64,000 nt of DNA. Source: Eledone cirrhosa (Eukaryota). Position numbers and translations under genes: made by a program. The notes beneath the pieces were generated by a model. The model did no database searches and was not told the origin of the DNA. It saw nothing but the letters and a program-made list of their open reading frames with translations. The stretch lies in NCBI GenBank assembly GCA_964016885.1, contig OZ024740.1:227726001-227790000 (forward strand), given 5' to 3'. This document shows positions 12,701 to 25,705 of the stretch, one piece after another (positions within the stretch are counted from its first letter, which is position 1; every line of letters starts with the position of its first letter).

Positions 12701-13830
12701 AGAGAGGTCTTGAGTGAGTGAGAGAAAGAGAGGTCTTGGGTGAGAGAGAGAAAGAGAGGTCTTGAGTGAGAGAAAGAGAGGTCTTGAGTGAGAGAGAGAA
12801 AGAGGGGTCTTGGGTGAGAGAGAGAAAGAGAGGTCTTGAGTGAGAGAGAGAAAGAGAGGTATTGGGTGAGAGAGAGAAAGAGAGGTCTTGAGTGAGAGAG
12901 AAATAGAGGTCTTGAGTGAGAGAGAAAGAGAGGTCTTGAGAGAGAGAGAGAAAGAGAGGTCTTGAGTGAGAGAGAAAGAGAGGTCTTGAGTGAGAGAGAA
13001 AGAGAGGTCTTGAGTGAGAGAAAGAGAGGTCTTGAGTGAGAGAGAGAAAGAGAGGTATTGGGTGAGAGAGAGAAAGAGAGGTATTGGGTGAGAGAGAGAA
13101 AGAGAGGTCTTGAGTGAGAGAGAGAAAGAGAGGTCTTGAGTGAGAGAGAGAAAGAGAGGTCTTGAGTGAGAGAGAGAAAGAGAGGTCTTGAGTGAGAGAG
13201 AGAGGTCTTGAGTGAGAGAGAGAAAGAGAGGTCTTGAGTGAGAGAGAGAAAGAGAGGTCTTGGGTGAGAGAGAGAAAGAGAGGTCTTGAGTGAGAGGGAG
13301 AAAGAGGGGTCTTGGTTGAGAGAAAGAGAGGTCTTGAGAGAGAGAGAGAAAGAGAGGTCTTGAGTGAGTGAGAGAAAGAGGGGTCTTGGTTGAGAGAGAG
13401 AAAGTGGGGTCTTGGTTGGGAGAGAGAAAGAGAGGTCTTGGTTGAGAGAGAGAAAGTGGGGTCTTGGTTGAGAGAGAGAAAGAGAGGGCTTGAGTGAGAG
13501 AGAGAAAGAGAGGTCTTGAGTGAGTGAGAGAAAGAGGGGTCTTGGTTGAGAGAGAGAAAGAGGGGTCTTGGTTGAGAGAGAGAGAGAATGAGAGGTCTTG
13601 GTTGAGAGAGAGAAAGGGGTCTTGAGTGAGAGAGAGAGAAAGAGAGGTCTTGAGTGAGAGAGAAAAGAGAGAAAGAGGGGTCTTGGGTGAGAGAAAGAGA
13701 GAAAAGAGAGGTCTTGGGTGAGAGGGAGAAAGAGAGAAAAGAGAGGTCTTGGGTGAGAGGGAGAAAGAGAGAAAAGAGAGGTCTTGGGTGAGAGGGAGAA
13801 AGAGAGAAAAGAGAAGCGTAGTAGAGAGAG
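6715..13830. repeat. 7.1-kb purine-rich satellite; unit GAGGTCTTG(G/A)GT(GA)nAAAGA, about 18-30 bp
   Basis: Hundreds of tandem units with a variable GA run; rare variants recur at roughly kilobase spacing. Confidence 0.97.
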
Positions 13831-14081
13831 AAAGAAAGAGATAGAGAAAAATATAGTTTTACAGATGTCAACAGATAAAAAACGGAGGCAAATATTGCAA
13901 CTGTGGTGGGTAGGTAGGGTTAGGGTTAGCTATGGATTCTACATCTGCTTATAATGATAATCTGTAAGATTAAAATAGTATATCAATATCTGAAATGATG
14001 ATGATGATTGTCTGACATACTATCACATGTATAAAAGAACTGGCTCACCTTGCATACATTTTCACACACACACATACATAC

Positions 14082-14126
<45 letters not shown>

Positions 14127-14170
14127 CACATACATACATACATACATACATACATACATACATACACACA

Positions 14171-14237
<67 letters not shown>

Positions 14238-14239
14238 CT

Positions 14240-14630
14240 ATACTATAAGACCTACTTCAAAAAATAATCTCTAGCATGATTTTTTTATGTTGCTATCCAA
14301 TATAACACCCACTCCCACCCCCGAATAAGCCCTACCGCATTTTTGCGAGAAAAATTAATATAAAAAAATAATATAAGATACAGATTTCCAGAGCATTGCT
14401 GATTACTAATATAATAAATTATTTTAATGATAATGTTTTAACTCTGTAATATATATCCTTTATTTTTGACATCAGAATAATGATACTTTTATCAAAACTC
14501 TTGCGCTGTTGTTTTTTGTGTAAAAATATAAACCCTACCCCAATAAAAAATCCCTAGGGCCTTTTTTTTTGGGGGGGGGGGGGGGGGGTAAATAATGTAA
14601 GGCCTGTCTTATAATAGAGGAAACACAGTA
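14240..14630. mobile_element. Tc2/pogo-like (TcMar) MITE remnant
   Basis: Internal ATAAGACCTAC and ATAAGCCCTAC subterminal motifs; right end GTCTTATAATAGAGGAAACACAG-TA. Left terminus degraded. Confidence 0.5.
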
Positions 14631-14728
14631 TTACATATACACATAGCCACAGATTTAGGGAGAGGGGTTAATTAATCTTTTACTGGTCTCAATCATTAGA
14701 CCCCACCTCCACAACACTAACACCACCT

Positions 14729-15328
14729 TAACTCTTTCATTAGTATAGTTCTAATGAAAGACACTGCCTATGATTTTGAAATAATTTTGAAAATAATCAA
14801 GAATATGGAAGGGTTTAGTAAAAGACTAACTTTCTGATTATTTATCTGGTGTTTGGAAACTTAACTTAACAAATGTTCTTAACAGAGAATGCTCGGGAAC
14901 CCTAACCGAAACCCTAAATATAAACACTTCAAAATGAACAGTTATGTATTGTAGAAACAAGGCAACGCAGAGTCATTAGAATGTTGGATAGAATGCTTTG
15001 TGGTATTCATTCCCGCTCTCTCCTCTCTAAGTTCAAATCCCACTGAGGTCAACATTGCCTCTCATCCTTTCGAGGTCAATAAAAAAAAAAGTACCAGTCT
15101 AGTACTAGGGTCAATTCTTCTTCTATATCTCTTTCTCATTTTCTATCCTTCTCTGGAAGAAATCTGTTATATTTAGATCTGGAGAGGGGTGGGCCCTGCC
15201 AGGCTTAAAATGGCCTAGAAATGCTGTATGCCACTACAGTTCCCCTACGACTACATCAGGAGTTACAGAACCATGCATGCATTGTAGAACCAAAGATAGT
15301 TTCAGGCAGTTTGGTATCAATAAGTTTT
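14729..15328 (+). mobile_element. piggyBac-like MITE family B interrupted by a SINE (14957-15280)
   Basis: Left end TTAA-CTCTTTCATTA..AATGAAAGACACTGCCTATG and right end GGCAGTTTGGTATCAA..TTAA, as in other copies (22436-22682, 62390-62631). The SINE is flanked by a duplicated ATTGTAGAA. Confidence 0.65.
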
Positions 15329-15449
15329 AAAGGATTTTAATCAATCATATCAAACTAGTATTTATTTTTTCAAGCCTGGTATATATTTTATATCTTTTTG
15401 TCCAACAGCTGTTACATAGACACAAACATAAATACATACATGGACAGGC

Positions 15450-15805
15450 TTCATCATCATCATCATCATCATCATCATTTCATTTTACGTCCACTTTTCC
15501 CTGCTTGCAAGGGTAGGACGGGAACTGATTCTGGCTTGATTTCTACAGGTGGATGCCCTACCTAACACCAACCTCATTTACAGTGAGTGCTGGGTGCTTT
15601 TTTGCAGTGGCACCTCCACGACCACTTTGCAGTGGAATGATAGGGAACCCAGTCCCTATCATCTCATTTCTACAGCTGAGGAAACTGGAGCAATGTGAAA
15701 TAAAGTGTTTTGCTCAAGGAAACAACACATCACCCGGTCTGAGAATTGAACTCACAACCTTTCGATTGCAAAGCCAATGCTCTAACCACTAAGCCATGTG
15801 TCTAC
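15450..15805 (-). mobile_element. Composite SINE: tRNA head + CORE-like domain + RTE-derived 3' tail
   Basis: Same structure at 27580-27947 and 28245-28589; the tail matches the RTE 3' UTR at 61715-61985. Confidence 0.8.
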
Positions 15806-16098
15806 CAAAATCCCACTCACAAGGCATTGGTCAATCTGAGGCTATCTAAAGGCATCATGCAGTGAGACTGAGCCTTGTGTGAGCAATGTCTATATTTCTC
15901 TCATTTATATGCTACTGCAGGTGTACCACCATATACACCAAAACCAAATTATTAAGTAACCTATTATAAGTAGCTGAAGAGGTGTGCATTGCTTTCCATG
16001 TAATGTCTGTATCATAGATGTATTTTTGTCATCAAGCTCATTTTGCCATCTTTGGAATGAAAATGCATGCAGATTTGGTCTCTCTCTTTCTCTCTCTG

Positions 16099-16130
<32 letters not shown>

Positions 16131-16761
16131 TATATATATATATGTCTCAAGCCAGAAGGCTCATTTGGCCAGTGCTTATCCGGTTTCATGGCGTGAAGCC
16201 ACTGAGAGTACAAGACCCCCCCCCCCCCCTGGACAGGACGCCAGTCCATTGCAGGGTTAAACGCCCAGCTATTGCTGGTACTCATTTTCAGCTGAGTATA
16301 TGTATATGGCTCCTTCACAATTTCTACCTACCAAATTCCCTCACAAAGTATTGTTCAGTCCTAAGGTTATAGTAGAAAACAATTGCCCAAGGTGCTACAT
16401 AATGGGATCAAATCCGAAAGTGATTGCAAAGCAGGCTTCTTAACCACAGTTATATATATCCAATCTAATCCCTTGCTTTCCCACACCTGTTGGAGGAACC
16501 CCCTCCCTGGTTGACCTCCACCACTTTCTGTTTGGTTTTGGTCATGTCAGGGGTGTAGCCGTACTCCCTACACTTGGCCAATTGCAGGTTGGTGAGTCTA
16601 TTTAACATACACTTCGGGTGATGACCATCGACTCTGAAGAGTTCATCTACCCGTTTAACAGCTCGTTTTTTGTGCTGCTGGGGTTCCACTTTCTTTTCTC
16701 ATCAGGCTCTGATCTGGTGGGAGAGCAGGTTTAGTTGCCGACCAGTCAACAATGAAGTAGG

Positions 16762-16811
<50 letters not shown>

Positions 16812-17285
16812 CAGGCTTATGCAGTTTCAGTCTAGCAAATTACACTCACAAGGCACTGGGCCACCCAAAGGCTATAGTAGGAGACACTTGCTCAAAGTTC
16901 TTTGCAGTGAGATTGAAACTAAAATTACATGGTTGTGAAGTAAAACCCTTAAGCCACACAGCCATGTCTATAGTCCATTTGCTTTTTTAATGTTTGTTTT
17001 GTTTATCATGAATTACAGACTAATGTAAATAGTTACGTTTTTGAAAATGGAAAATATCAAAATCAATACTGATTTATCTATTAAAATAAATTAAACTATG
17101 TAGTAAAAGACCAACACCAGACCATCCCAGTATTAAACCCTAAGTTATTACTGGTACTCATTTTCAGCTGAGGATACTAGAGCAACATGAAAAGAAGTGT
17201 TTTGCTCAAGAACACAACACACAACCTATCCCAAGAATTGAACCCACGACATTATGATTTTAAGTCCAACACGCTTACCACATGT
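15800..17285 (-). mobile_element. Cluster of SINE fragments (CORE-like families) interleaved with TA microsatellites
   Basis: Recurrent motifs CACTCACAAGGCATTGG..GAGGCTATAGTAGAAGACACTTGCCCAAGG and CTCATTTTCAGCTGAG..GTGTTTTGCTCAAG. Confidence 0.65.
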
Positions 17286-20200
17286 TATACTAGTGATTTG
17301 GGGGGTAAGGAGTTTCGTATTTTATTTGTTTGAAATGTGCATTAAACACAAAACTCCTGGTCCTCAAGTCACCAGTACAGGTTTAGAGCTGTAACAGTTT
17401 ATGATTTAGACACAAAGTCAGCCATTTTAAGAAGAAATACGCCAATTACATCGACCCCAGAACTTGACTAGTGTTTAATTTTACTGACCCTGGAAGGATG
17501 AAATGTAAATTTAACCATGACAGGATTTGAAAGTAAAGGAACGTAACTAAACACTACAAAGTATTTTGTTTAATGATTCTGCCCATTTACCATTCTTTAT
17601 AGACAGAGTTCGACCAGCAAGATCCCAAACCTCATTTGCTTACTGAGTGGGGTGGAACTCGTCAAATCGTACCAAGGAGACAATGTTTCCATTAGTCTTT
17701 CCAATGCCGAGTCTATCTACTGGTCACAACTCCTGGCAGAACCACTCATTATGAAATAAATCATATATCATTATATACATAACTTTGGTGTATAGAAAAA
17801 AAACAGATTGTAACATGAAAGTTTTACATTTAAAAAAATAGAATTTTATACACCGGGAGGAGAGGGGGGGGGGGGGGTAAATGTGTTTAAATATTGACCT
17901 GAGAATCAATGTGACCAAATAAATCAAGACTGTCCATGTACCCTACAACATATGTTGCTGTGTCTATTTGGATAGGACACTAAACTTTATACTTGGTCAT
18001 TAATTACAAAGAAATAAAAGATAAACAGGCTACATTTAAGTTTTTTTTTAGCCACTCTCTCTATATATATTTTCCTGGGTAAAGTGTACAAGACTCAAGG
18101 TAGTAATTTTCAGCCAATCATATATATTATACACGAGGTGTTGGATTAGTTTTAACAACCATTAATCAAAGGTTGATTTTGTTTTAGACAAGCTGGGACA
18201 AGAACTCAATTACTAATGACTAATGGAAAGTGAGAAGGTGGGAGAGAGAAAATAATACCCCCAGGACACAACTACAACACCATTCATCATCATCATCATC
18301 ATCATCATCATTGTTGTTTTTATGTCTGCTTTTCTATACTGATAGGAGTTCAATGCGTCTTTTTTGAGGCAGTTTTCTAAGGCTGAATGCCATTCCTGGT
18401 GCCAACCCTTACTTGTTCTCTCTTTTAGTTACATGTTCCACTGAACATCAGATGCTGAACTGCTGAGCTACGGGATATATCATTTATGAAGGAAACAAAT
18501 GCCACCAACTCCCAAAGCAGTGTATCAACACAAAGAAACAAGGTAATAAGTGTGCACAAACATGCACACATACCACAGATTCTCACAGAGTTTCTGTCTA
18601 CCAATTTCACTCATAAAGCTCAAAGCTATTGTAAAAGAGATTTCTTGCTTGAAGTGTCACACAATAGGATCGAACATTAAACCATGTGATTGCCAAGTAA
18701 ACTTCTTAACCACACAACCATGTTGGTGCCTGATTTGTATTTTTTGTGCTTTTCATAATTTTTGGTAGGGTTTTTCTGACTGGATACCCTTCCTATCACT
18801 AACCACTTTACAGCATGGACTAGGTGCATTTTATCATGCCGTCAGCATTAGAGGGGTTTCTGACAGGACTTTTTGGTCCTCTCTACCCTGTATCAGTTTT
18901 TTTATTCTGAGTTACTGTTCTTCAGATAAACACAAAGCGTTCATATTCACAAAAATAGCAACAGCATCAATAACCTCACTAGTTCAAAACACTGAGCTTG
19001 GAAACACATACCCCATTGATAAGTGAAAATTAAGAATGATTGCGGTACTGTGGCCCTCTGGCTGAGTTCACCATAACAGCCAAAAGCTATAGGCATACAA
19101 GAACAGTAAGAAGGGTGGAAGAAATGAAACATAATCCAAACTGCCATTTTGCCCCAGTATCTGCATCTAGAAAATGATTTTCAAAGTGCAGCACTGAGCA
19201 AGGTTTTGTTGTAGAAGATTAATAGGTACCCATGCAAGCATTCTACACTGTCCATGCCACCAGTGCTGTCTAAGGGAAAGGCAAAGACAATACAGCTTTT
19301 ATATATGATGATGGTTTCTATAGCTATCTACCTATGTATCTATCTTTGGACAATAAATAAACAACATCTATCTATCTGCCTGTCTGTATATCTATCTACC
19401 TACCTATGGAAGAAAATTATTGCAATTGATTTAAATCAATGTAAAATCAAATACAGCAATGATCGGAGTGACAATTAGGAGAAGATTAATGATAACCAAA
19501 GGTTCGAGCATCTTTACAGAGAATTGTTTCTACTAAATTCCTTGTCATTTTTGACAGGTAATATATTAGTAAATATACAACCGATTAACTTTGTAGTAAG
19601 ACAATCATTTATTTTACCAACTGGATAATATAGAGTAAAGTACCTTGCTTAAGGAATAATTCCAAGCAATGATGAATGTAAAATATATTACTGCCTTTAA
19701 ACCACTGACTTGGCTAATTATCAGAGTTTCATATTCAAGATGCTTTCATTTGTGTCCCTGTCTATCTCAGTATATACTTAGAATCAAATAAATAAATAAG
19801 CTGATATAAAGTCCATTTCAAGTGGCGTTCTTGTTTTTTGAAAGTAGTCTCTGCAGAGGAAATCTTCCTTACTTTCAGCTTTAGAGTAGATTCTATAACA
19901 TAAAACTGCATCAAGATCTCCTTGAACCATGAACTAAGGGTTCAAGAGCTCCCATCTACAACAAGTTAATAATAATTGTTTGTTAGAAAAGATGTGATGA
20001 GTCTCAAACATTTTGTCATTGTTGTCAAGTGGAAAGAAGAAAAAGACACTGTGACATTCACAAGTAATATATATGTGGCATTCATTAGCAATGGAAATGA
20101 AATTAAATGCCTTTTAATCAACTATTGACATCAGGTTTCAAGTTTCGTTCAGTGAGAGAACTTATATGAGATATCAATAAAGGTTGTGATGAGATGGTTT

Positions 20201-20404
20201 ATTTCCACTTATGTTTTTAATCATTTAGTAAGAAAGAAGAGCAGCATTTATTACAATCTTTGGAGACCTTGAAAACTGATAGAAGGAAAAGGGGAAGGTA
20301 TCCTCGAATCTGAAACCGGGTCTAAATACTTGCAATAAAATGGATTCTACTAAAGGCAAACCAAGGGACATGTGGTGGTGTTAAACTATCTCAAAGTCTG
20401 TCTC

Positions 20405-21060
20405 AAGCCTGGAAGCTCATTGGGCCAGTACTTATCTCGGTTTCCATGGCATTAAGCGACTGAAAATACAAGACTCCCCTGCCACAGGACGGGTTACCAG
20501 CCCATCGCAAGGTTAAACTCCCAGTTATTGCTGACACTCATTTTCAGCTGAATATACTGGAGCAATATAAAATGAAGTGTTCTACTCAAGAATACAACAC
20601 ACAACCCAGTCCAGGAATCAAACTCATTAAGCCATGCGCCTCTACATGTTAAGCTATGCAATTGATTAAGTCTACTATCCAAGTTGGCCACAGCAAGATT
20701 TGAACACAGAACACAAAGTGCCAGGACAAATTCCACAAGGCAACTTGTCTGATTCTCTAACAATTCCATCAATCCAATAGGCTGAGCTGGTACTTTATTT
20801 GTCAACACCAGAAGTGTAACAGACATCAGTGGGATTTGAACTCAGAATGCAAGGAACTGGAATAAAAACACTGCAAGGTATTTTGCTCAATGCTAACACT
20901 CTACCTTTTCCCAATAGTATTAATAATGGTTTCTTATATAGGCACAAGGCCAGCAATTTTGGGGAGAGAGGAAAGTCAATTAAATTGACCCCAGTGCGTA
21001 CTTTATGTTGTTGACCCCATAAGGATGAAAGGCAAAGTTAACCTCGGAGGGATTTGAACC
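20405..21060 (-). mobile_element. SINE cluster (CORE-like 20405-20645; core-SINE fragments to 21060)
   Basis: Family motifs as in other copies. Confidence 0.65.
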
Positions 21061-21184
21061 AATACTATTAATAATGAAGACAAAATCAGGCCATCGTCTC
21101 TGAAAGCTTTCTATTAACTATAACATTCACCTCCATAACTTTAATACATGGAACCAGCCAGTCCAGTGTTAAAAAAACAATGAT

Positions 21185-21848
21185 GTTAGACAACATCCTG
21201 CCAGCCTGATATTCTGGCCTCCACCATATTTGACGATATCCTGCCTGCTAAGTATCCTAGGCTCAACCATATTTGACTATATCCTGCCAGCCTGGTATAC
21301 TAGTCCCAATAATGTTTGGCTATATCCTGCTAACCTGGTGTACTGGCCCCAACCACATTTGACTACATCCTACCAGCCTGATATACTGGGTCTAAAGATG
21401 TTTGACTATATCCTGCCAGCCTGGTATACTGGGCCCAACCACATTTAATTATATCCTGCCAGCCTGGTATAATACTGGGCCCAACCACATTCGACTATAT
21501 CCTCCTAACCTGGTATACTGGGCCCAACCACATTCAACTATATCCTCCCAGCCTGGTATTCTGGCCCCAACAATGTTTGGCTATATCCTCCCAGCCTGGT
21601 ATTCTGGCCCCAACAATGTTTGGCTACATGCTGCCACCTTACTAAGCTAAGCCCAACCATATTTAGTTATATCTCGCTAGCCTGATATTCTGACCCCAAC
21701 TTACTATGCTAGACCCAATTATATTTGACTATACCCCGCCAGCCTGATATTCTTGGTCCAACCATATTTGACTACATTATGCCATCTTACTATGCTGGCC
21801 TCTACCATATTTGACGATATCGAGCCAACCTGATATTCTGGCCCCAAT
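21185..21848. repeat. 43-bp minisatellite, about 15 diverged units
   Basis: Consensus TTTGACTATATCCTGCCAGCCTGGTATACTGGGCCCAACCACA; unit starts at 21272, 21315, 21358 and 21401. Confidence 0.9.
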
Positions 21849-22435
21849 GAATAAACAGTCATTTTACATTGCTGCTTAAACCTGAGATTTTCAGTTAGAC
21901 ATTGCTGTCATTTTGTTTTAATGTTCATTAGATGTATTATCTTTAATTTCTGGTTTAATTGACAAATATATATTTTAAATGAATTTCATACAGCTGCACA
22001 AGGTTGAAGAACACACACATGGTGCGGAGCCAGGGTTCAAATTCTAACAGAGGCAAAAAAAGAAAAAACTTGAAAAGGGAGAAGTATGTAGTTGACTAAA
22101 ATGACTGAGACTTAATATTATCAATCCCAAAAGGACAAAATATGATATCAAACTCTGGCAAGATTTAGGACACAGAATGAAGACAAAACACATTAAAACA
22201 TTAAAACCTCATCTCTCTTTAAATGATATTAAATACCTCAGTACTCTCTCTCTCTCTCTTCGGTCTCTGCCATACCATGGCCTATGTAGGCATAAGGCTT
22301 ACTTATAGGAGGTAGGATACTTGATAGATACTTATTTTTAATAACCCTAGGAAGAATCAACTGGCAAAGATCTAAACTTAGAATATAAAAAGATTTAGTC
22401 TGATTTACTGCCATTTTTGCAACAGTGTCTGTAGG

Positions 22436-22682
22436 TTAACAATTTTGTTACCATATTTCTACTGAAATACACTGCCTACGATTTTCAGTCAATTTTTAAA
22501 ATAATAAAAAAATTTGGAGAGATTAAATAATATAACTAACATTCTCATTATTAAGCTGATCTTTAGAGCATAATTTAAAGATTCTTGCACAGAATTTGAT
22601 GGAAGGTTTTTAGATAAATGTAAACACTTGAAAAAAAACTACTCTGTATCATAGAACCAAGGTTTTGTATCAAAAGGGTTAA
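22436..22682 (+). mobile_element. piggyBac-like MITE family B
   Basis: TTAA at both ends, right end ATCAAAAGGG-TTAA; interior shared with several other copies. Confidence 0.6.
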
Positions 22683-22909
22683 TAGTAAAGTAACTGAACT
22701 TCTATTAGTTGTGATCAACAGATCAGCCTGCTTGTTAAACTGACATGTAAGCGGCAGAGTATTTCATAGGCATGTGTAGCCTTAACATAAATTCTCAGGG
22801 TAAGACAGTGTATGCATGACAAGACAGACCTTTGAATTACAGGTACAATCCTTCTGATGGGGTCCACACAGTTTCTGTCTAACACTCCTGAGGCCTGGGT
22901 TGAACAGAT

Positions 22910-23225
22910 GGTATATGGAATAGTCCTGTAACTCCTGATGGAGTTGTAGGGGTTGATATACAGCATTTCTTGGGCATTTGAAGCCTGGCTGAACCCATCC
23001 CTCACCAGGTCTGTGCACAGCAGGTTTCTTCCAATGAAGGATAGGGAGTGAAAGAGGGAGGGGAAGAGAGAAAGAAATATAGAGGAAGAATCAAAACCAG
23101 TACTAGACTGGTACTTTTTTTTTTATCAACAACGGGATTTGAACTCAGAGAGCAGAGAGCCGGAATAAATACCACAAAGCATTCTATCCAACATTCAAAC
23201 GACTCTGCTAATTCACCACCTGGAT
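22910..23225 (-). mobile_element. tRNA-SINE with shared core and alternative 3' tail (GAGTTACAGGACCATAC type)
   Basis: Homologous copies at 14957-15280, 26790-27030, 38535-38855 and 44205-44503. Confidence 0.7.
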
Positions 23226-23659
23226 CGAACAAAATATATAGTAAAAGACACTTGTGAAAATGCCATGCAATGGGATCAAACCTGAGACCTCGTGATTGGA
23301 AAGCAAATTTCTTAACTATTCGGCTAATCTATTTTTATAATGGATTAATAGTAAAATTTCATAAATCAACAAAATACCTTATTCCATTACCATACATCTT
23401 GTGGGGAACAAACAAATGTTGGTTGTGGTGGTGATGGTGACTGATAGTTGTGACATGGTGGGTGAGTGAGGACTGATAGTTCTGAGATGGTTGGGTGGGT
23501 GAGGACTGAGGTGGGGAGGGTCACTAAGCTCAGTTTCGTGTTATGAATTAGAAGCAAGCAACAGACTCTAGTAACTTTCCAACTAACTTAAGGATCAATA
23601 CTTTTAAGGGTTGAAAATAAATGCACAGGTTTTGTCAATTGACTCACCCAACGGTGGCG

Positions 23660-23702
<43 letters not shown>

Positions 23703-24146
23703 GTGTTATTGTTGTAGTGGTGGTTGTATTGTTATTGCTGATACAAAACTTATAAAGTTACAACCTGCCATATGTCACAATTGGTGAAAAAATATGTTCC
23801 AACAGCTGTTTTTTAGTTTTTATTCTATGCTGTTTGTTACAAAAGAAAAAAAAATCATTGCACCATACTTTAACCAGGTTCTTCTGAATATTTTTCTTTT
23901 ATTTTCTTTTATTTATTTATTTTTTTGTTTGAGAAATTTATAATCAGACTGGAGATATGGTCATGTACTTAAGCCACTAAATGCCAGGTGATGGTGCTAA
24001 AGTTAACAGTGGTATAACCTATGATTTTTCATTAATTTTTTAAATAATTAAGTATTTGAACGGATTTAGTAAATTAACTAACTTTTTCCTTGGTACACAT
24101 GTCTGGAATGCTCATCTACTTTCATTAATAATAACAAGGACTTGTT

Positions 24147-24453
24147 CTTGGGCTTCGAATAATCACCCCACCCCAGCTTATTAAATTTTGCTCATCTATC
24201 TCTGTTGAAATTTTATTTTAAGTGGCAGCATTCCTGTGACAATTTTCTTTAGACATTCAAAAACATTATAATTGACAAAAAAAGTACTTTACAAGAAATC
24301 CCAAAATACATAGAATGGGTTGGGGTCTCCATGTGTAAATTAAACGACTAATTATGTTTTTTTTTAAATCAACTGAGACAACCTAAAAAAATTACCGATT
24401 TTCCACCACCACCACCTTATTCTAACATTTCCTATTATTTGGGACCTGAGAGT
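24147..24453 (-). mobile_element. MITE with TA-CTCTCGGGTCCCAAATAAT-type termini
   Basis: Opposite-orientation homologue of 25417-25705; related sequence at 4572-4834 and 37310-37533. Confidence 0.55.
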
Positions 24454-24601
24454 ACGTAAATAATTCTTTTTTAAATAGCTAGTTGATTACTGTATACAAA
24501 AGAAGTCCTGTGTAATTAACAAATATTTTGTTAACTTATTAAGTTTGATTAAACACTCCAGTATATTCTTTTTTTCTACTGTTTAGTCATGGAAAGTAAA
24601 A

Positions 24602-24800
24602 GCACGTGGCTTCGTGGTTAAAGTGTTAGACTCATGATTGTAAGGTTATGGTGCTTGCCCTTCCCTCTATTATTGAGGGTCCTAAAGGTCACGGGGCTTG
24701 TCCTTCCTTCTATTCTTGGAGGTCCCGAAGGTCATGGTGCTTGCTCTTCCCTCTATTCTTGAAGATCCTAAAGGTAATAAGGCTTGCCCTTCCCTCTGTG
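24602..24800 (+). repeat. tRNA-like SINE head followed by four 43-bp tandem units
   Basis: Head GTGGCTTCGTGGTTAAAGTG; units start with AAGG at 24642, 24685, 24728 and 24771. Confidence 0.8.
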
Positions 24801-25416
24801 CATAAAAGGTAAGATAATTTTTTTAAGTGGCCATGTGTGTACGTGTAGGTGCATGACATTTACTACAACAATTGCAGCTAGTTTAGCTGAGTCAGCATAG
24901 TGTCAGGTTATCAACTGAAGGGCCAATAGTCCTCATCTTATCATTTATTTTACCATTTGATCCTGACAAAGTAATAGAACTCTCTCAAACACCCAGTCAG
25001 TCAATTTAACTGTAAAAAGATAGCAAAAAGCAGCAGTTTTCTTTCTACTTTATCATTTATTTCTTGAAAGAGTTACTCTCCTTTGAATTAGATTGTTACA
25101 TTAGTAACAGGGTGCACTTAGTAGAACCTAGGACTGTCCATAAGCGAGATTCAGGTCCCTGACCTGTCTGGGAAATCAATGGCCCCGCATCTGTACTGAC
25201 TTTGTCTACGTAGACCAATCCAACCCTGGCTAGCAAAGAAAGCTGACATTAAAAATGATGGTGGTGGCGATGGTGATGGTGATGATGATAATACAGATGG
25301 TGAAATTCATAATGGTAGAAAGAAAAATTAATATTTTAATACACAAAATAGACCTACTTAAAAATGTTCTACAACTTCAGATTGTTTTGTTTTAATTATA
25401 ATTGAAATAATATGTC

Positions 25417-25705
25417 CTCTCGGGTCCCAAATAATAGGAGGGGTTGGAATACGCAGGGAGGGGTACATTTGCTTAAATTCTTATAAGCAGGAGGGGGGGG
25501 GTAGGAAATTGGTAATTGTATAGTGTACATTCATCATGGGATTTCTTGTAATGTTCTCTTTTTTATCATATATGTTTTTTTTTATGTAAAATAAAATTAT
25601 TATTATATTCTCCAGCTGCTATATCAATATAAATTACTTGCAATAAAATTTCACCAGATTAGCAAAATTTATTAAGTGGTGGGGTTTATTCAAGACCTGA
25701 GAGTA
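25417..25705 (+). mobile_element. MITE with CTCTCGGGTC...GACCTGAGAG-TA termini
   Basis: Imperfect terminal inverted repeat; multiple dispersed copies in the window. Confidence 0.55.

Noticed and set aside
9597-13871. 1424-aa ORF on the minus strand
   Set aside because: Translation of the GA satellite, whose pyrimidine strand almost lacks stop codons; non-ATG start and no domain.
13905-13930. Telomere-like TTAGGG repeats
   Set aside because: Only 2-3 imperfect units.
16465-16760. GC-richer minus-strand ORF of 74 aa
   Set aside because: No recognisable motif; most likely an unidentified transposon fragment.
21185-21848. CRISPR-like regular repeats
   Set aside because: Contiguous tandem units without unique spacers, no cas genes, eukaryotic context; the same applies to 1375-1820 and 34310-34700.
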